The notes under the pieces are model-generated. The model saw only the letters and a list, made by a program, of their open reading frames with translations. It was not told where the DNA came from and made no database searches. A stretch of 63,224 nt of DNA, counting the filler, from Choristocarpus tenellus KU-1152 (Eukaryota > Protista > Phaeophyceae), in the NCBI GenBank assembly GCA_964200185.2. It is 9 parts of 9 records of this genome, joined end to end, with 100 filler letters (N's around TTAATTAATTAA, not from the genome) between each part and the next. Parts side by side here need not be neighbours in the genome. Positions count along the whole stretch, not along the records: positions 37,751 to 41,789 come from CAXNAD020016537.1; positions 41,890 to 47,958 come from CAXNAD020009023.1; positions 48,059 to 55,276 come from CAXNAD020006518.1; 6 more parts are not named here. One strand, written 5' to 3'. Positions 38,245 through 51,420 of this stretch are shown in pieces; positions within the stretch are counted from its first letter, which is position 1; every line of letters begins with the position of its first letter. Position numbers and translations under genes: made by a program.

Positions 38245-41207
38245 ACAGAAGCAGTTTTGGGAACCAAGGGTGAGTGGGTTGTGGATGTAGATGCTTGGGA
38301 CAGTGTGTTCCTTGCAATATCCCTCCTCTTAGAAGCAGTGAGGGAGGGGGAGGATGGAGACCAAATGGATATAGGGTGGGAATGAGAAGGGGAGAGCGAT
38401 GTATTGATGACCAAGGAAAACACTGGTGCTAGGGTGTTTTTTTTACAGTGTTGCCTTAGGGTCATACGGATTTCAACTCAAGAGGTGCTTACGTCCCCCC
38501 CTTTTCTACCTTCATACCAACCCCACCCCCTGCTACTGACATTGTTGACCTTGAGAAAGCACATTTGGAGGTTTCGTCGAATGTCTTGGCCTTAGCAGGA
38601 TTGGTACAAGTTGCACGAGGGCAAGGGCTGCACAGGGCTTGCCCGACCTTGTCATGCGTAAATGGTATTGGGGGGGTTTCAATCGGGGCTCGAAAATGAG
38701 ATGATATACATACATACATGAAGAGTTAAGACCAGAAGGCAGAGTAGGTGGGCCAAACTCAAGGTCTGCTATAACTTGCCTCTCGTGGTCAATGAGAAGA
38801 AGGGGGCATCTTTTAGTTCATTATTAACAAAAAGCAGTACATGAACTAGCAGAAATGGGCAATTGCGTGGTGTTGTGGGTTGAGGGTAGTGATAGTGATT
38901 TTCCCACTGCTGCAGCTGCTGCTGCATTATTGGATTTTATGGTTGGTTTTCACAATGCATTTCCACGACTGCCCCCTAAAGGAGGGAAGGGATTTTGCCC
39001 CCTTGTCTTTGTGCAGAACACACAGTTAATGACTTTACACTACAAGAGTTAAGCTGGTTAGGAATTGGGTTGTGCTTTTGGGGGGGAGGTGGGGAGGTGA
39101 AGTACCTCGGCATGAACACAGGGGTTTGAAGTCCCGCATTTTGGGAAGAACTGAAGGAATCACTTGTGAAAGAAGTTTCACCAGTTCGTGGGCAAGCTGA
39201 TGGGTTGATTCCCTGCCCCCACTCCCGTCATGCCCATCCCCCCTTACACATTACAGATAAAACATTCTTTTGAGTTTTCTTTTGATTTACTTTCTTAGTT
39301 CACCTTGTTTTTTTCCTTTGTCTCTTAAGAATCTATGCTGTGTAACACAGCCTGCGAGGGAAAGCAATTTCCCCCACATCACCTGAAGTACTTTTATTAT
39401 TGAGTTGGAATTTGTTGTAGGAGGGGATGAATTTGGTTGGCATTAGTGATGTGGGGAGGAGAGAGGAATGTGGGGTGTTTGTGCATGCTTAGTTATATGT
39501 TTCTGTATATCGATGCTTTAGTGTTTGTGCTTCAGGACTTAGGGTTGTCAACGTAACACTTCTGATTGTTCAGCGGTGACAAGTTACTGTTGGGAGTCCC
39601 ATAGGGCTGCTTCAGTTGTTGTACTGCACCCTGGAGAGTTTTATGTTTATCATTATGGTGAGCGACGAGGACTTCCATCTCGAGGGGATGCTACCATTGT
39701 TTATGCATCAGTGATCCACCTACCTGAGCCCTCTGTACTGTGCCAGGAAAAGCGCTTAGCCAGTGCCATTAGTAATCTCCCGACAAGGGTAGGATTTGCA
39801 GTTGAAGGGAGTGGACTGCAGCCCGCACTCCCTGGAGTGGTGTCAGAAGTGCATTTTTTTACGTTGTGCGTATTGTCGTGTGTGAGGGAAGCCTCTTACC
39901 GTCCTCCCGTTGTAGTTTGCTCCTCCAATCTGGAAGGTTGAGCAGGGTAAAGGAGGGGGGCGGTGCATAGGGTAATGGCTATCGCAAGGAAGAAGCAGCT
40001 CTTGTGGCAACCTATAGTTTGGAGAGAGGTGGGGGTCCGGGAACCCACAGCCAAAGATACCAGTGTGATGTGGCAGGGTGGTTGTGGCTGGCGTAGGGAA
40101 AGGGGGTGCGAGGGGGAGTCGAAGTGGCAATTTGAGCTTACTCCAAGATATACACTGTAGAATATAGGTGGGAATCAACTCTGCAAGGTCTTGTTGTGGA
40201 GCAGTCTTCCCAGGCTCGGTTGTCTGTACGGCCACAACCGTGCTTGAGTAGGTGGCTATTGCCTTGACGGGGGTGTGCTGGAAGGGTGTGACTATTAATA
40301 GGGTAAAGTGATTGTAATAGGTCCATGTTGTGTGGGGGATGTGATGATTGGTGAAGTACAGAGCATGTCACATGTCAGAAATTGGTGTTGATTGTGACAC
40401 AGTTAAGTTTTCACTCTTTTTTTGTGGAGGGCCTTGGGGCCAAACAGCATGACTGGATTGTTTGACTTGGGGATAGGGTTAATCTTTTCATGATGCGTTC
40501 CCCTTAGATGTCCCTCCTGGGGTGTTACTAGTCTTTGCTTGGGTCTTCACTCAAGCACATGCCTGCCTTATTGTTGATTGATGTTTTCATTGGGGGGACA
40601 TGCGCCTATTATCTTTCGTCTCTGTTGAATGCATTTGATTACAACAAAACGAAAGCTTGTTACTGTGTGTTGTTCCTGAAAGAGTGAGGTTGGCTGGTTG
40701 GTGGTGAATACAAACACCACTCTCAGGAAAGACATGTCTAAGATCGAGTGGGTTGTGATCTGGGAGTGGGGAGGGGGGGGGAGAGGACGGATTAATATAT
40801 GTTTCTTGTTTGGTAGTTACTGTCGTTCATATTCATAAAAACATGTTAAGTTTCACGTAAGGCTAGCAATGCATGTGGTATTCAAGCGGAGCATTCATAG
40901 AGGTGGGGGGAGTTGTATGGTGTTTTGTGGTGGTCCCTTGTTTGGTGGATGGGGGAGGTGAAGAGTACATCGAGTTGTGGGGGCAGGAAAGGGCTTCTCA
41001 ATCTTCAGCTTCTCTCAAGCTTAATTGACTGGTGCTTGGTTGCTAATGATAGTCAGTTGGTGGTGCAGCTGCCAAGCAAGCTACTTTGAGCAAGCCTCTG
41101 CAGCTTCGCTAGTCTGTGATTAACTCAAATGAAAGTCCAGAGGGAGGGGNNNNNNNNNNGAAGGTTCGGGGAGCGCGGCTGTGCAGCGGGGGGGGTGGGG
41201 GATTAAA

Positions 41208-41241
<34 letters not shown>

Positions 41242-41889
41242 TTTTGCCTAAAGTGGTATTTGTATTATTTTTCAGAGAGTGTTGCAAGGAGTAAACGATT
41301 GTGGGCATCCCATTCCTTGCACACACACATGGGTGCCCTGGCTGACCTTTGATTTGCCAGCAAGCAGTGATAGCAACGTTGATTGATTAGTTTTTGCTAG
41401 TATGCCAGCAAATGGGGGAAGGGGGGGGGGTGAAGGGAGGGAAGACCACTTTTTTTTTTGCTTTTCTTCTCTCACATCAATCACGTATTTTTGTTCATCA
41501 TTCGAGAGATTACATAAATTTCATCATTTAAGTTTTCACACTAGTTTCTATTGTGGATTGTTTATGTCATGTTTACCTAATTGAGGAGGAGGATCGATGA
41601 TATTAAATAATACACTATGAATTCAGATCATTAGCCATAAATTATCGTCTCAAGGAATGGTCCAGTCTGCTTGTGGTGTGTGTGTGTATTGGGAGAACAA
41701 ACAAGGAGAGGGTCAAGCATGCTACTCGTTCTCTGGCTTTGTAGCATGTGGCCCTTGGTATTCAGGGTCAAAGTATCTGGGGGGGGGGGNNNNNNNNNNN
41801 NNNNNNNNNNNNNNNNNNNNNNNNNNNNNNNNNTTAATTAATTAANNNNNNNNNNNNNNNNNNNNNNNNNNNNNNNNNNNNNNNNNNNN

Positions 41890-42580
41890 AGCCATTGTAG
41901 AGGAGGGTGTGACAGAGCGTCTTGTGCGCATGGTGGAGACTGGCCCAGCACGCCTCCAGGCCCTCTTCTCTATTCAGGGTAGGGCAGGGGCAGAGGAAGG
42001 GTCGGAAGCATTACGGGGCCCACTAATGTGTGCTTGCAGCCTCTTGACCAATATCCTCACTCGGGCAAGCCAGATTGCATGGCCTGGAAGTGACACAGAG
42101 TGCATGGTACCCCAACACCCTCAGGTAGGGGAGTGCATGGCGTCACTGGCAGAGGTGGCCACACTGGCAGGGGTTGCCCGCCAAGCAGGGGGTGGAGTGA
42201 GATGGCGTCTTCTGATTGCCCATTCAGCCTGTGTTGTGTTGGTGGCAGCAAGGGTCAGCCCTGGGCCAGCTCCAGGTCTCTCCTCAAAGATAATCGAGGA
42301 TAGCAATAGTGGAGAGGAAAGGAGTGTGTGGGAGGGCCTAGCTCAGGCGGTGGATGACTCTCTCGGCACAATGAGTGCCATCCCTGGGGAGGGGCTGATT
42401 GGAGGCAAGAGGGAAGAGGAGGCAAGCTACGAGGAGGGATCCATCTGGCAATGGTGCCTGGAGTGTGCAAGAGAGATTGAGGTGGAAGGTGCCACCAACA
42501 ACTTGTACGTGGTGGAAGGGATCATTCCACGACGAATGCTTCAGAGTCTTGTTGAGGCGTCAAATGACGGACGGATCTGA
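41890..42580 (+). CDS. Last exon of an unidentified gene (helical, ARM/HEAT-like start), 5'-truncated by the contig end
   Basis: GC-rich open frame from the contig edge, AIVEEGVTERLVRMVETG...LQSLVEASNDGRI*, about 229 aa. It converges on IQUB. Confidence 0.7.
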
Positions 42581-43434
42581 ATTGTATCGCAAGTACGGCA
42601 TGAAGTCACAGAACAATATGCCACAATGTGGCGATAGCCTTTTTGGTGTTTTGTAACTCTGTATATGGTTCACGGCATGAACCTCCTGTGTAGGTACGGT
42701 AGGATTTCCAGAACCTGTGAATAGATAGGATGTTGGGGGTACAGAAACTCCTTGGGGGAGGGCAACAGTATTACATGTTTCCTGTTTGTTGTAGCACTAT
42801 GGAGCATTGTATTGTATGGTAAGCTTCAACGACGTTTTGGGAAAGGCTGGTTGTAAAGACCAGGCACAGCAGATCGATCTCTGTGAAGCAAGGATATCCG
42901 TACCAATTACTCTAAGTATGCTGGTATATGGAAGCACTCCATCAGTGCACTTTACACACTTCAGACTAGTATTAAATCGATCCCTTCCCTATCTCAGATG
43001 CCCCTGGCTGACATATTGTGAACAGTGAGATTTACAGTGGAAAGGCAATGCTGGATCTACACTCTCTCCTGACACCATCTTCAAAACACTGAAACAAATA
43101 GGCAGGCTGATACACTATCACTCTTATAAAACCCTTGATCCATTGCCGATACAGGACTTACTATCCATGCTCACACCTAAAGATAGTTCTACGCCAACTG
43201 ATCTGCATCAGTGGGTGAGCATCTGTGCTCGAGGATGCTTTCCCTCTTGCGTATTGCTGTTCCCCATACATCCTTGCAGTCCCAACTGAGCTACTGCTAT
43301 TAACCCTGACTGGCACTACCTGGCTCACTACGGCTTTACTACTGCAGCCTAAGATTGCTATGGTAGACACTCTTTGTGGTGTTATGTAGAAAAGCAATCA
43401 AACGAGTACAGTGAAATGTGTGAACAAGCATGAG

Positions 43435-44375
43435 CTAAGATTGGCAGGACACATCCATGAGCCTGCTTGTGGTTTCCTTGGTCAGGCGCTCATACCGTGG
43501 GGGCACCCGCAGGAATCGAGTGGCCTCTGGGTTGAAATCTGGAGTCTCAATGAAGCGCAGAAATAGGTTTCGGATACGCTGTCTCAAACCTTGCAGGCTC
43601 TTCTCCCCCCTCCCCCTGGACAGGAGGTCAGCCTCGCGGTCTACAAGTTCCATAATGTCCCTTGTAAGGCGGCAGTCGAATTCCTTGACTGTCCACTTCA
43701 GATGGAGGAGCACATCCAGCCTCTCCTCAACACTCAGCAGTGGCGCCTCCAGGGCTTGATATAGTTCCTACATATTACAGTAGAAGAGAATGGTCAATTG
43801 TGAAACTAGAGATCAGATCTCGCTTCTTTTCTCATGTGGCGTATGGTGAAGTTTTGGGGGAGAAGAGAGGGACTAAACAGTATGTACCAGGAGCAACGCA
43901 GGGAGGAATGAAGCTGAGATGGACGGATCTACAGTGGTGAAGGTGCCAAGTATGCATGCAGCTACAGTTTACTTAAATGGTCATCGTTCTCTTGCTGTTT
44001 GAGGATGCACAATTTAATACCATAATCAGAAGTTTTTCCAATAGTAACACAGCAGCATCAATAGCTATCCACTTTCAAGTGTGATACCTGGAGCTCCATA
44101 GCCCTGTTTGTCCATGGTGTGTGTATCTCAGCCGTCTCCCCATCACTCATCTCCCATATCTTGGGCATAGACATTAGGTTGAGCATGTGCCGCACACGTT
44201 TGCCCTTACCCTCCTTTCCTGCTGTTATCTTGAGACGGTCGATGGTTTGCAGCAGCCGGGTCTCTTTGTGAAGGAGTTCGGCAAGGTGGCCCTGACGCTC
44301 TGCTTGAGGAGCCCCTGACTCTTGGATTCTTTTGGCCTCTGCTTCTCTCCACTGGTCTAGCTCATTATAGAGCAC
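43435..44375 (-). CDS. IQUB: IQ and ubiquitin-like domain-containing protein (IQUB/FAP253), last two exons
   Basis: Exon 44375-44088 reads VLYNELDQWR...LLHKETRLLQTIDRLK...HTPWTNRAMELQ. Exon 43767-43435 reads ELYQALEAPLLSVEERLDVLLHLKWTVKEFDCRLTRDIMELVDREADLLSRGR...LRQRIRNLFLRFIETPDFNPEATRFLRVP. Canonical GT-AG, phase 0. These are the hallmark IQUB C-terminal motifs. Confidence 0.92.
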
Positions 44376-46439
44376 CTGATGAGCCGGTAGTGGGTTAGTG
44401 TTGAATGACTACTGCTTTCTGCACCATTACACTTTACTGCAGGGTGCCCCTGTTTTGTGAAGGGGGAAAATTCATTGACTCCTACCATCTGCTAAGTTTC
44501 AATCAAGTGATTTGTCAAGCAACTACTAGTTCGTTCCTCCTGTTGTACTACAGCACTATTAGTAAATAGTACAACATACTCCTAGGAATACAACACAGCA
44601 AACTAGGGACAGCCCAAGGTGGCACACCATACTAACCAATCAATTATATCATCTAAGGTATGTGATTTGTGATTTAGTACCTGTTTGCAAAACAAGCAAA
44701 CAAGCAAACAAGCAAACAAGCAAAACAACCTTCATAAAGGCTTGTAGCGATCTAAACGTTGGCCCATGTGTTGGTGACATGTAGCTTGTAGCGATACATG
44801 AAATATTGCCCCTACAAGACATCGTGTGTGCAGTCAATTTCGGGCTCAAAAGAGCTGCAGTACAATACCCCTAATAGGTGGGTTGTAGTATTTCAGTTTT
44901 AGTAACATAACATGCATATCGTCAAAAAATAAGTATCATGTTTCCTTCTGTACAAAAGTTCCTGAGCCATAGACACTCCGGAACACAATCTTCACCATCC
45001 ACTATATTGTGCAGCAATCTATCAGTCCAAACTCCTCAGTGCTTCCCTCCAGATCAAGAAGAGGTGGTGCCACATAAACATGGGGTATCAGGATAGAAAT
45101 CCCCCCTCCATTGTTGCAGTTGCCCTCTTTCTCATCCTCACATCTGGTGATGCACCCTCCCCTCATCTGCTTCACTTGTAAATTATCAAAACTGGGTCAC
45201 CCTTCTCTCTTGCCTGTATCAACTCCCAAGCTTTGACGATGCTCTTTGGGTGGGAGGGGGGGAAGCTGTGATCTGAAAGCTGACCAATTCCTCCACCAGG
45301 CAGACTCAGTGCTTTCCCTACTCCCCTGACCCTGTTGCACGCCGACATGAAGGCCCAACAAACGATTTACAAGATTCCTGAAATCTGTGTTGAGTGGATA
45401 GTACCTTGATCCGCCTCTGAAGCGACCTGGACAAGGCCATCTGATGCAACCTGTTTACAATGCTGCTTTCCCATGGTAGACACAACACCACTACCGCAAC
45501 TGCCACTCATTTGCAGTCATAACTCCCATCCTTACGTTACTTGAGAGTGAATGTGATACCATTTTGTGTCCGTAACATGCTATCAAACAAGTATCCAGGG
45601 CACCTGAGTGCCATGTGCTTTACAGGAGAAGCCATGGTTGTTATGGCTGTTCCTTCAGTAAGTACACATCCATAGGCTCTAGCCTTCTCGTGTCCTTCCC
45701 TCTACCGATTCCCTTCTGATGTGTCAACTGGAACCTTTGCACGGGCCTTGGGAGGTCACTCCTTCAAAAAGTTGAATATCCACAAGTTGGCATGCCAGTT
45801 GTTATCACTATCTTCTTCACATTAGTCTGTGGTGTCTCAAACCCATGGTAAAAAGGTAGTCAGACCAGCATATTAAATAGCGTTTTGGTTTAGTTAATGT
45901 TCCAGTATAATTGATTAAAAACTGTAGACGGTATATGCAGTATTACTTGTACCGCTCAGGGGTAAATGCATAGCATCATACCACTCCACCAAGTGCCGAC
46001 TTCCAAGTTGGTGGTAAACAGGAACACTTCTGGAATGGTCAGCGGCCCATGGGGGCTATACGCTTCAATTTAGAACACTGGGTCAGAGGAGAGTTACTAA
46101 CATGACACTTAATATAATAAAAAAATACAAAATAAGGAAAAAAAAAGAAACAAAAGGACGAGACAAACCCAGTGTAGGTAGGAGGGGCAGTTTAGGACCA
46201 GACAACACTCACTTGCGCCCAATAGGTGGGGCGAGACATCATCAAGGAGTGGACATTGCCAAGGTCCTACAAGAAAAACAAAGCCAGGGTTACATCCGGT
46301 CCATCCACTCATCACACATCACAAAACGACTAACACCCAAGAACCATGCCTGCTGGGAAGTGGACACAAGACCATGAGTCGTCATTGATGACGTCACATC
46401 AAAGACCAGCACACGTCTACGTCTAGCATTGTGGAGTGA

Positions 46440-46960
46440 CCCCACTCACACAAAGCCATGAATTTCCTGCAGAAGCATCAGCTTGTGAATATCCAACACC
46501 TCAAAGAGAGAGATCCTCCCTTCCTTTACATGAGCCTTTGAACTCATATCCTCAAGTCTTGGCCCTACTTTTCTGATAACCATGTAACTTGGAGTTAGAG
46601 ATAGATGACTTGCTGGGGAAAACAACGATGTGTTTCATTATCACTTATGTAGAAATCATCATCCTTCTCCAACTTGATATTGAAACTGCCCTGCAGGTCC
46701 TCTTCATCTCTCTGAAATCGTCAGGGTCTAATGCCTACCAGTGCTACAGACTGTTGAGGTGTTTGTCACACCAGTGTTGAGGTATACGTGCCAGGTAAGT
46801 GTGGTGGCCTCTGTGTGGCATCAGGATGATACAGTGGCATCTCAATGCCCATGGCAATGTGCATGGTGTGGGTGAAGTATGTGGGAAGACCGTACATTGG
46901 TGATCACAATCAGGGTACTGTACCCCCTGTTGTGGCCTGTTTATCCACTTAGAGGATTGT
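46440..46960 (-). mobile_element. Heavily decayed Ty1/copia RT-RNase H remnant
   Basis: Across frames: LDPDDFREMKRTCRAVS (DAD...RSTSG-like) and KAHVKEGRISLFEV...SQADA (copia RNase H end V-x2-G-x-I-x-L-x2-V...Q-x-AD). Confidence 0.3.
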
Positions 46961-47762
46961 TTGGCATATGCGACTCAAAATATCTACTGAAAACATGAAT
47001 CAATATATGCATATGTATATGTATATGTCTTGGTGGCTGAGACGTCTTCATTACCTCAAGTGAGTCACACATACTCTAGGTTGATAAAATTCGTCATGTT
47101 TCTAATGTCTGAAGTCATCTGAACAGCAACACTCAATGCACTCAAAGCTATAAACTCAAATATTGAGGTGATCAAAAGAGGAGGGCGCTCTAGAAACCGT
47201 AAAATATCAGTGTACTGTGGTAGCAAGGACTCGTTGAAGGACCCAACGTTTGTCCCCTAACGTACACCTGCAAGTTTTGCATGAGAAACACATTTCTGCC
47301 AAAGAAGCAATCCAGTGAAAGATCGCCCTCAATTATATTTTGCATATAACCCATCCTCAGCAATCCAGAATATTGATTGCCCTTGTAATACAGATTCGAT
47401 AATGAAACCTCTGAGCGAGCACGTACTTTTTAGCTTCAGAACACATTACAGTATACTTGTATGTATATAATTCTTATGTCAATCAAACACACATTTTAAC
47501 GACCTCGAATCAATCATTCAAAACAGGCCTTGCACCAAGCACATCACCCTAACAAATCTTTGGTTTCTTATGGTTATTGATGACTCATGCAACCATAGAT
47601 TCTAAATACAGCACTTTCCTTTACTGTCACCAACACCACAGTGTGCACACGAAGTGGATGCCCGGGAATCTCTTCTTGGAAAGAGTTGGCCAGGAGTCCC
47701 TGATGGTGTCACTCAAAAGCTTTGTGGACACCATCTACCATCCCTTGGAGTGTCTCATGTTG

Positions 47763-47911
47763 TGGCTCAAAGTATCAGCGGGGGGTGGCAGCTGTCCATT
47801 CGGGGCCCCTTTTGCATGTCACAATTTTTGTGTGATTTGGTTGCATGTGTCGAATGGATAATGTACGTACACTTCTCCTGATCAGAGCCCGAATGGACAC
47901 CCTGGTGTAGA
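47763..47911 (+). repeat. Dispersed ~150-bp repeat (MITE-like end), copy 1
   Basis: Aligns by eye with the reverse complement of 48075-48225 (TGGCTCAAAG...TTCGGGGCCC...GGATAATGTA...CACTTCTCCTG...CCCTGGTGTAGA). The same TCAAAGTATCTGGGGGGG start ends contigs at about 41768-41789 and 55259-55276. Confidence 0.8.
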
Positions 47912-48074
47912 ACCCTCCCCTCCCTCCCCCCCCCCCCAACCATTAGGCGTTTTACTTTNNNNNNNNNNNNNNNNNNNNNNNNNNNNNNNNNNNNNNNNNN
48001 NNTTAATTAATTAANNNNNNNNNNNNNNNNNNNNNNNNNNNNNNNNNNNNNNNNNNNNGGGGGGGGGGGGGGGG

Positions 48075-48225
48075 TCTACACCAGGGCGTCAGGTCAGGCC
48101 CTAGGACCAGGAGAAGTGCACTTACATTATCCATCCAATGCATGCAACAAAATCACCCAAAATCTCGACATACAAAGATGGGCCCCGAAGGGATAGCCAA
48201 CCCGCCCCACAGATGCTTTGAGCCA
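48075..48225 (-). repeat. Dispersed ~150-bp repeat, copy 2
   Basis: Reverse-complement homolog of 47763-47911, on a different contig. Confidence 0.8.
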
Positions 48226-48429
48226 ACAACTACGTCTACTGGTCCACGCAACAGCTGCACAAACTCCAGTGGGTTGGTCGCTTGGGTTGGATTTAGCCAC
48301 CCCTAGCTTGTTCACTGCCTTTCCTCCCTCGATCTAGGGTATACTTGTACGATGGTGGTTTATTGCGAGTAAAGTAACGATCATCACTGCCTCCACTGAG
48401 TGGGGGATCGCAAGGTGGCTTTTCATACG

Positions 48430-51297
48430 ATGATACATTTCGCAGTACCAGCCTTAAGTTATAGCAACACAACGGCGCATCGAAACAAGAGTTGTGACAA
48501 GGAACACTTTATGTCAACCAAGCCCTAAACCTCAGGCAACAAAGGTTAAAAAAAAACTTGTAATTCCCCGCAGGTCACAGTGAAGGACTCAAAGTGAAGG
48601 ACTCAAAAAGCATTCTTGTCTTCATGACAGTTACACAGGTCTTCAGGTTGACACTCATACCGTACCAATGGGCATTAGAACCCGATTATGGCTACAGACA
48701 GTGTTGTCCTGCATACGTTTCCCCACACCATGGCCATAGTGTGCATAGCAAAATGTTGCCATCACAATTTCATTCCTCACACTGGTGCCACCACACTTCT
48801 ATGAGCAATACTTGAGGTATGGTTGTCTGTACATTGCTACACATGAAGAAAATTGTTAGTTGTTAAAGGCTTGAGCTTCAAGATCCGACGTGCGGACAGT
48901 TCCTCAAGTGAGTGATGATGCACAGACTATCTTAATTCTTTTATCTCTGCACCAACTAGATATTGCAAATTTAAATTAGTAGAGACAATTCATCAGTGTG
49001 ATATTTTGTGAGATCACCTTTGTAACAATCACGTATTTAAGGCATATAGAGGTTTGCTCTTAGGTGTGGGTTATTACGTCCTGGTGCACAGGGAGCAGGC
49101 ATTTTCTGCGCAAGCATTATTGAGCGCACTCGTCGCTCTAATACATTTCAAAGTTTTTCTTTTGTCACCTTTCTTACGTACATACCTAATAAGCGTTTTA
49201 GACAAGAACATGGGATCTAAATGTGAAAAAAAAATGTTGGTTTTCAGCCACCACCCATTTCTTTTCTGTGGTTGAACTAACACGTTGTATCGGTGCCAAA
49301 ACAACCCAAACTTCTGCGTGGCTTCGGCTGCAATTTTTCCTTCATGCACCCTTGCATTGTGCAAGAGCAGCAGGGCTTTTCACCACGCAAAGTATATGTG
49401 ACAGGACCCGGCCATGGGTTGGTCCTGGTGAATATGTTTCAATAGGACCGGTCCAGGGTCATCAGACTTTCAAACGAACAAGGCTGTGCCGGCCCTGTTG
49501 AAACATACACAGTTGGCCTTGGACTGTTAGATATTTCAACCGAACCGAGTTGTGGGCCATCCCTTGTGAAATATTCTTTGACATAGCTGGTTCTGGGAAG
49601 TCAAAGATTGAGACATAACAAGGTAGCAGGCTGGCCCTTAGCCCTGTTTGTATGAATGTAAATTGCAGTGTAGAGTAGCACAGCCAGCTCTGAGTTGATC
49701 AAATTTTGATGACAACAGAGTATATGCAGCTTGAGGCATTTTCTGCCCAATCCAGAATGTCTGAAAAAATAAGCCAAAGTATCTTAGAGGGTAGAGCCGC
49801 GTCCATTTATTAGGGGGTCAAAATCCAATATTGCGATTTTGATGTAATTTTGGCTATCGTGTTTGTTAGGAAGTGTCAATATCCTTGTTCCCGACATACC
49901 TTTTCTTAATGTATACGTTTTACCTACTCCGAAATATTTTGAAGTAGGAAAACGTCATAAAAAAAAACCGGGGAAGCCATGCCCAAACAGACAAACAGGG
50001 CAAAATTCATATCCTCTAAGATACTTTCACTCAAAAGAGAAGAGTGGCATATTATTAATGGTGGGGGTCGATGTAGGACCTGCTGTTTCTAGAAATCACG
50101 AGTAAGAAGTACTTCCAACTTTTCAGAAACGTCCATCACGATACAGAAAACGTCTTCAAACTTGTGAACATCAATCTATGATTAAATAGATGTTGACTAC
50201 CATCCCAAATACTTTCGGTTTCATATTACTCGAATCCATATCGTATTCTGCACTCCTAGGAGTGCCAGAGGCCAGTACACCCTCCAGAGATCCAATCTCA
50301 CTATAAAATGTGTTGATATTCCCATCGTTGTTTATTCGTAAGGCGTCCTCCCTTAATGGTTTGAGATAACTCTTGCGTTTCAGGCATGTCCTCAATGACT
50401 GTTGATGTTTAAGTCTTTCATTATTATGGTCTCACTCCTGTAATTAGTCTCTCTTAAGTAGAAACTGGATTGCTTGGTGGAGATTGAAAGTGAATGCAAA
50501 AGAACACAAATTGCTTCAACTCCCACACACACTGCATTCATCTTATCAATACCGTGTCTACAAATTCTTCTCCCTGCTTCTTCCGTAGTCGTTTGGCCTA
50601 AACTGCCTTGATGTCCGACAACATTTTTTGAGTGCCTTAGCCAGGAAAACGAGATTCCATTTTTTTTTTGGTACTGCAATCCAGACGGCAGATGTGTTGA
50701 CAAAAAAGTTGCCTGTGAACATTTCGCACAACATATGCGATTTACTATCCACATGTAGAAAGTGTGTTACATGTGTCTTGTAAAATACTCTTCGAGGTAT
50801 ACTTTGAGTTATTGTTCAAGTTTTCAGCAAGGTGAGGGTGTAGTGATAACTAGTGTTTTGCTTATATCCTCGGCAATGAGCCTTTTTCGCGAAGCTTTCC
50901 AGCATGTCAGACTTTCTCGAGTCCAGGAAAATGACCACAGTTGTGGAGAAAATACTCTCTGCCTCCAACACAGTGGAAAACCCATTGGAAGACCATCTGT
51001 GCAGAGTGAGAACTTCCTTGTACACAACCAGTGCCTTGTCATACTCGCCCAGTCACAAAGGCGGTGAATAAGGGATACATGACTAAGCGTCTGGATGAGT
51101 GCTTTGCCCAAGATTCTCGTCTGTTTCTCTTTCATGCCAGTTCACGCTTTGATGCTCAATCTCTAACTATGTTTGCAGTGCAGAATGTGCTTCATACCAC
51201 TAACAATTGAGGAATGATTCTCCATGCGTAACAAGTGCTTGGCCTCTAAAACGAATTGCCCATCCGAGATAAATTGTTTATGCAACACAAAAGGTTT

Positions 51298-51346
<49 letters not shown>

Positions 51347-51420
51347 AACATACGTACCTTCCCATGTGAGGAGAAAAATTAGTGCTTCAGCGAAACTAAG
51401 CTCTCTTGTGAACGGTATTT
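48430..51420 (-). pseudogene. Endogenous viral element 1: decayed bunya-like (segmented negative-strand RNA virus) L RdRp
   Basis: Motifs in order across frameshifts: F*KQQ (F, 50094-50080); DFD-(slip)-PNKWTRLYPLRYFGLF (A, about 49825-49770); ISQGMAHNS (B, QG at 49566); KSDD (C, 49466-49458); LLLHNARVHEGK (D, about 49370-49335). Upstream blocks ESFAKRLIAED, FYMWIVNRI, LLHSLSI and LASGTPRSA. Outer boundaries are approximate. Confidence 0.78.
51302..51338. repeat. (AC)n microsatellite inside the L-like element
   Basis: Read directly from the sequence. Confidence 0.95.

Noticed and set aside
40262-40285. Copia-like PPT/LTR start TTGACGGGGGTGTGCTGG
   Set aside because: No convincing RNase H motif upstream and no second LTR found.
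47763-48225. Apparent large inverted repeat or hairpin spanning the gap
   Set aside because: The arms are on different contigs joined artificially, so their orientation and proximity are arbitrary.
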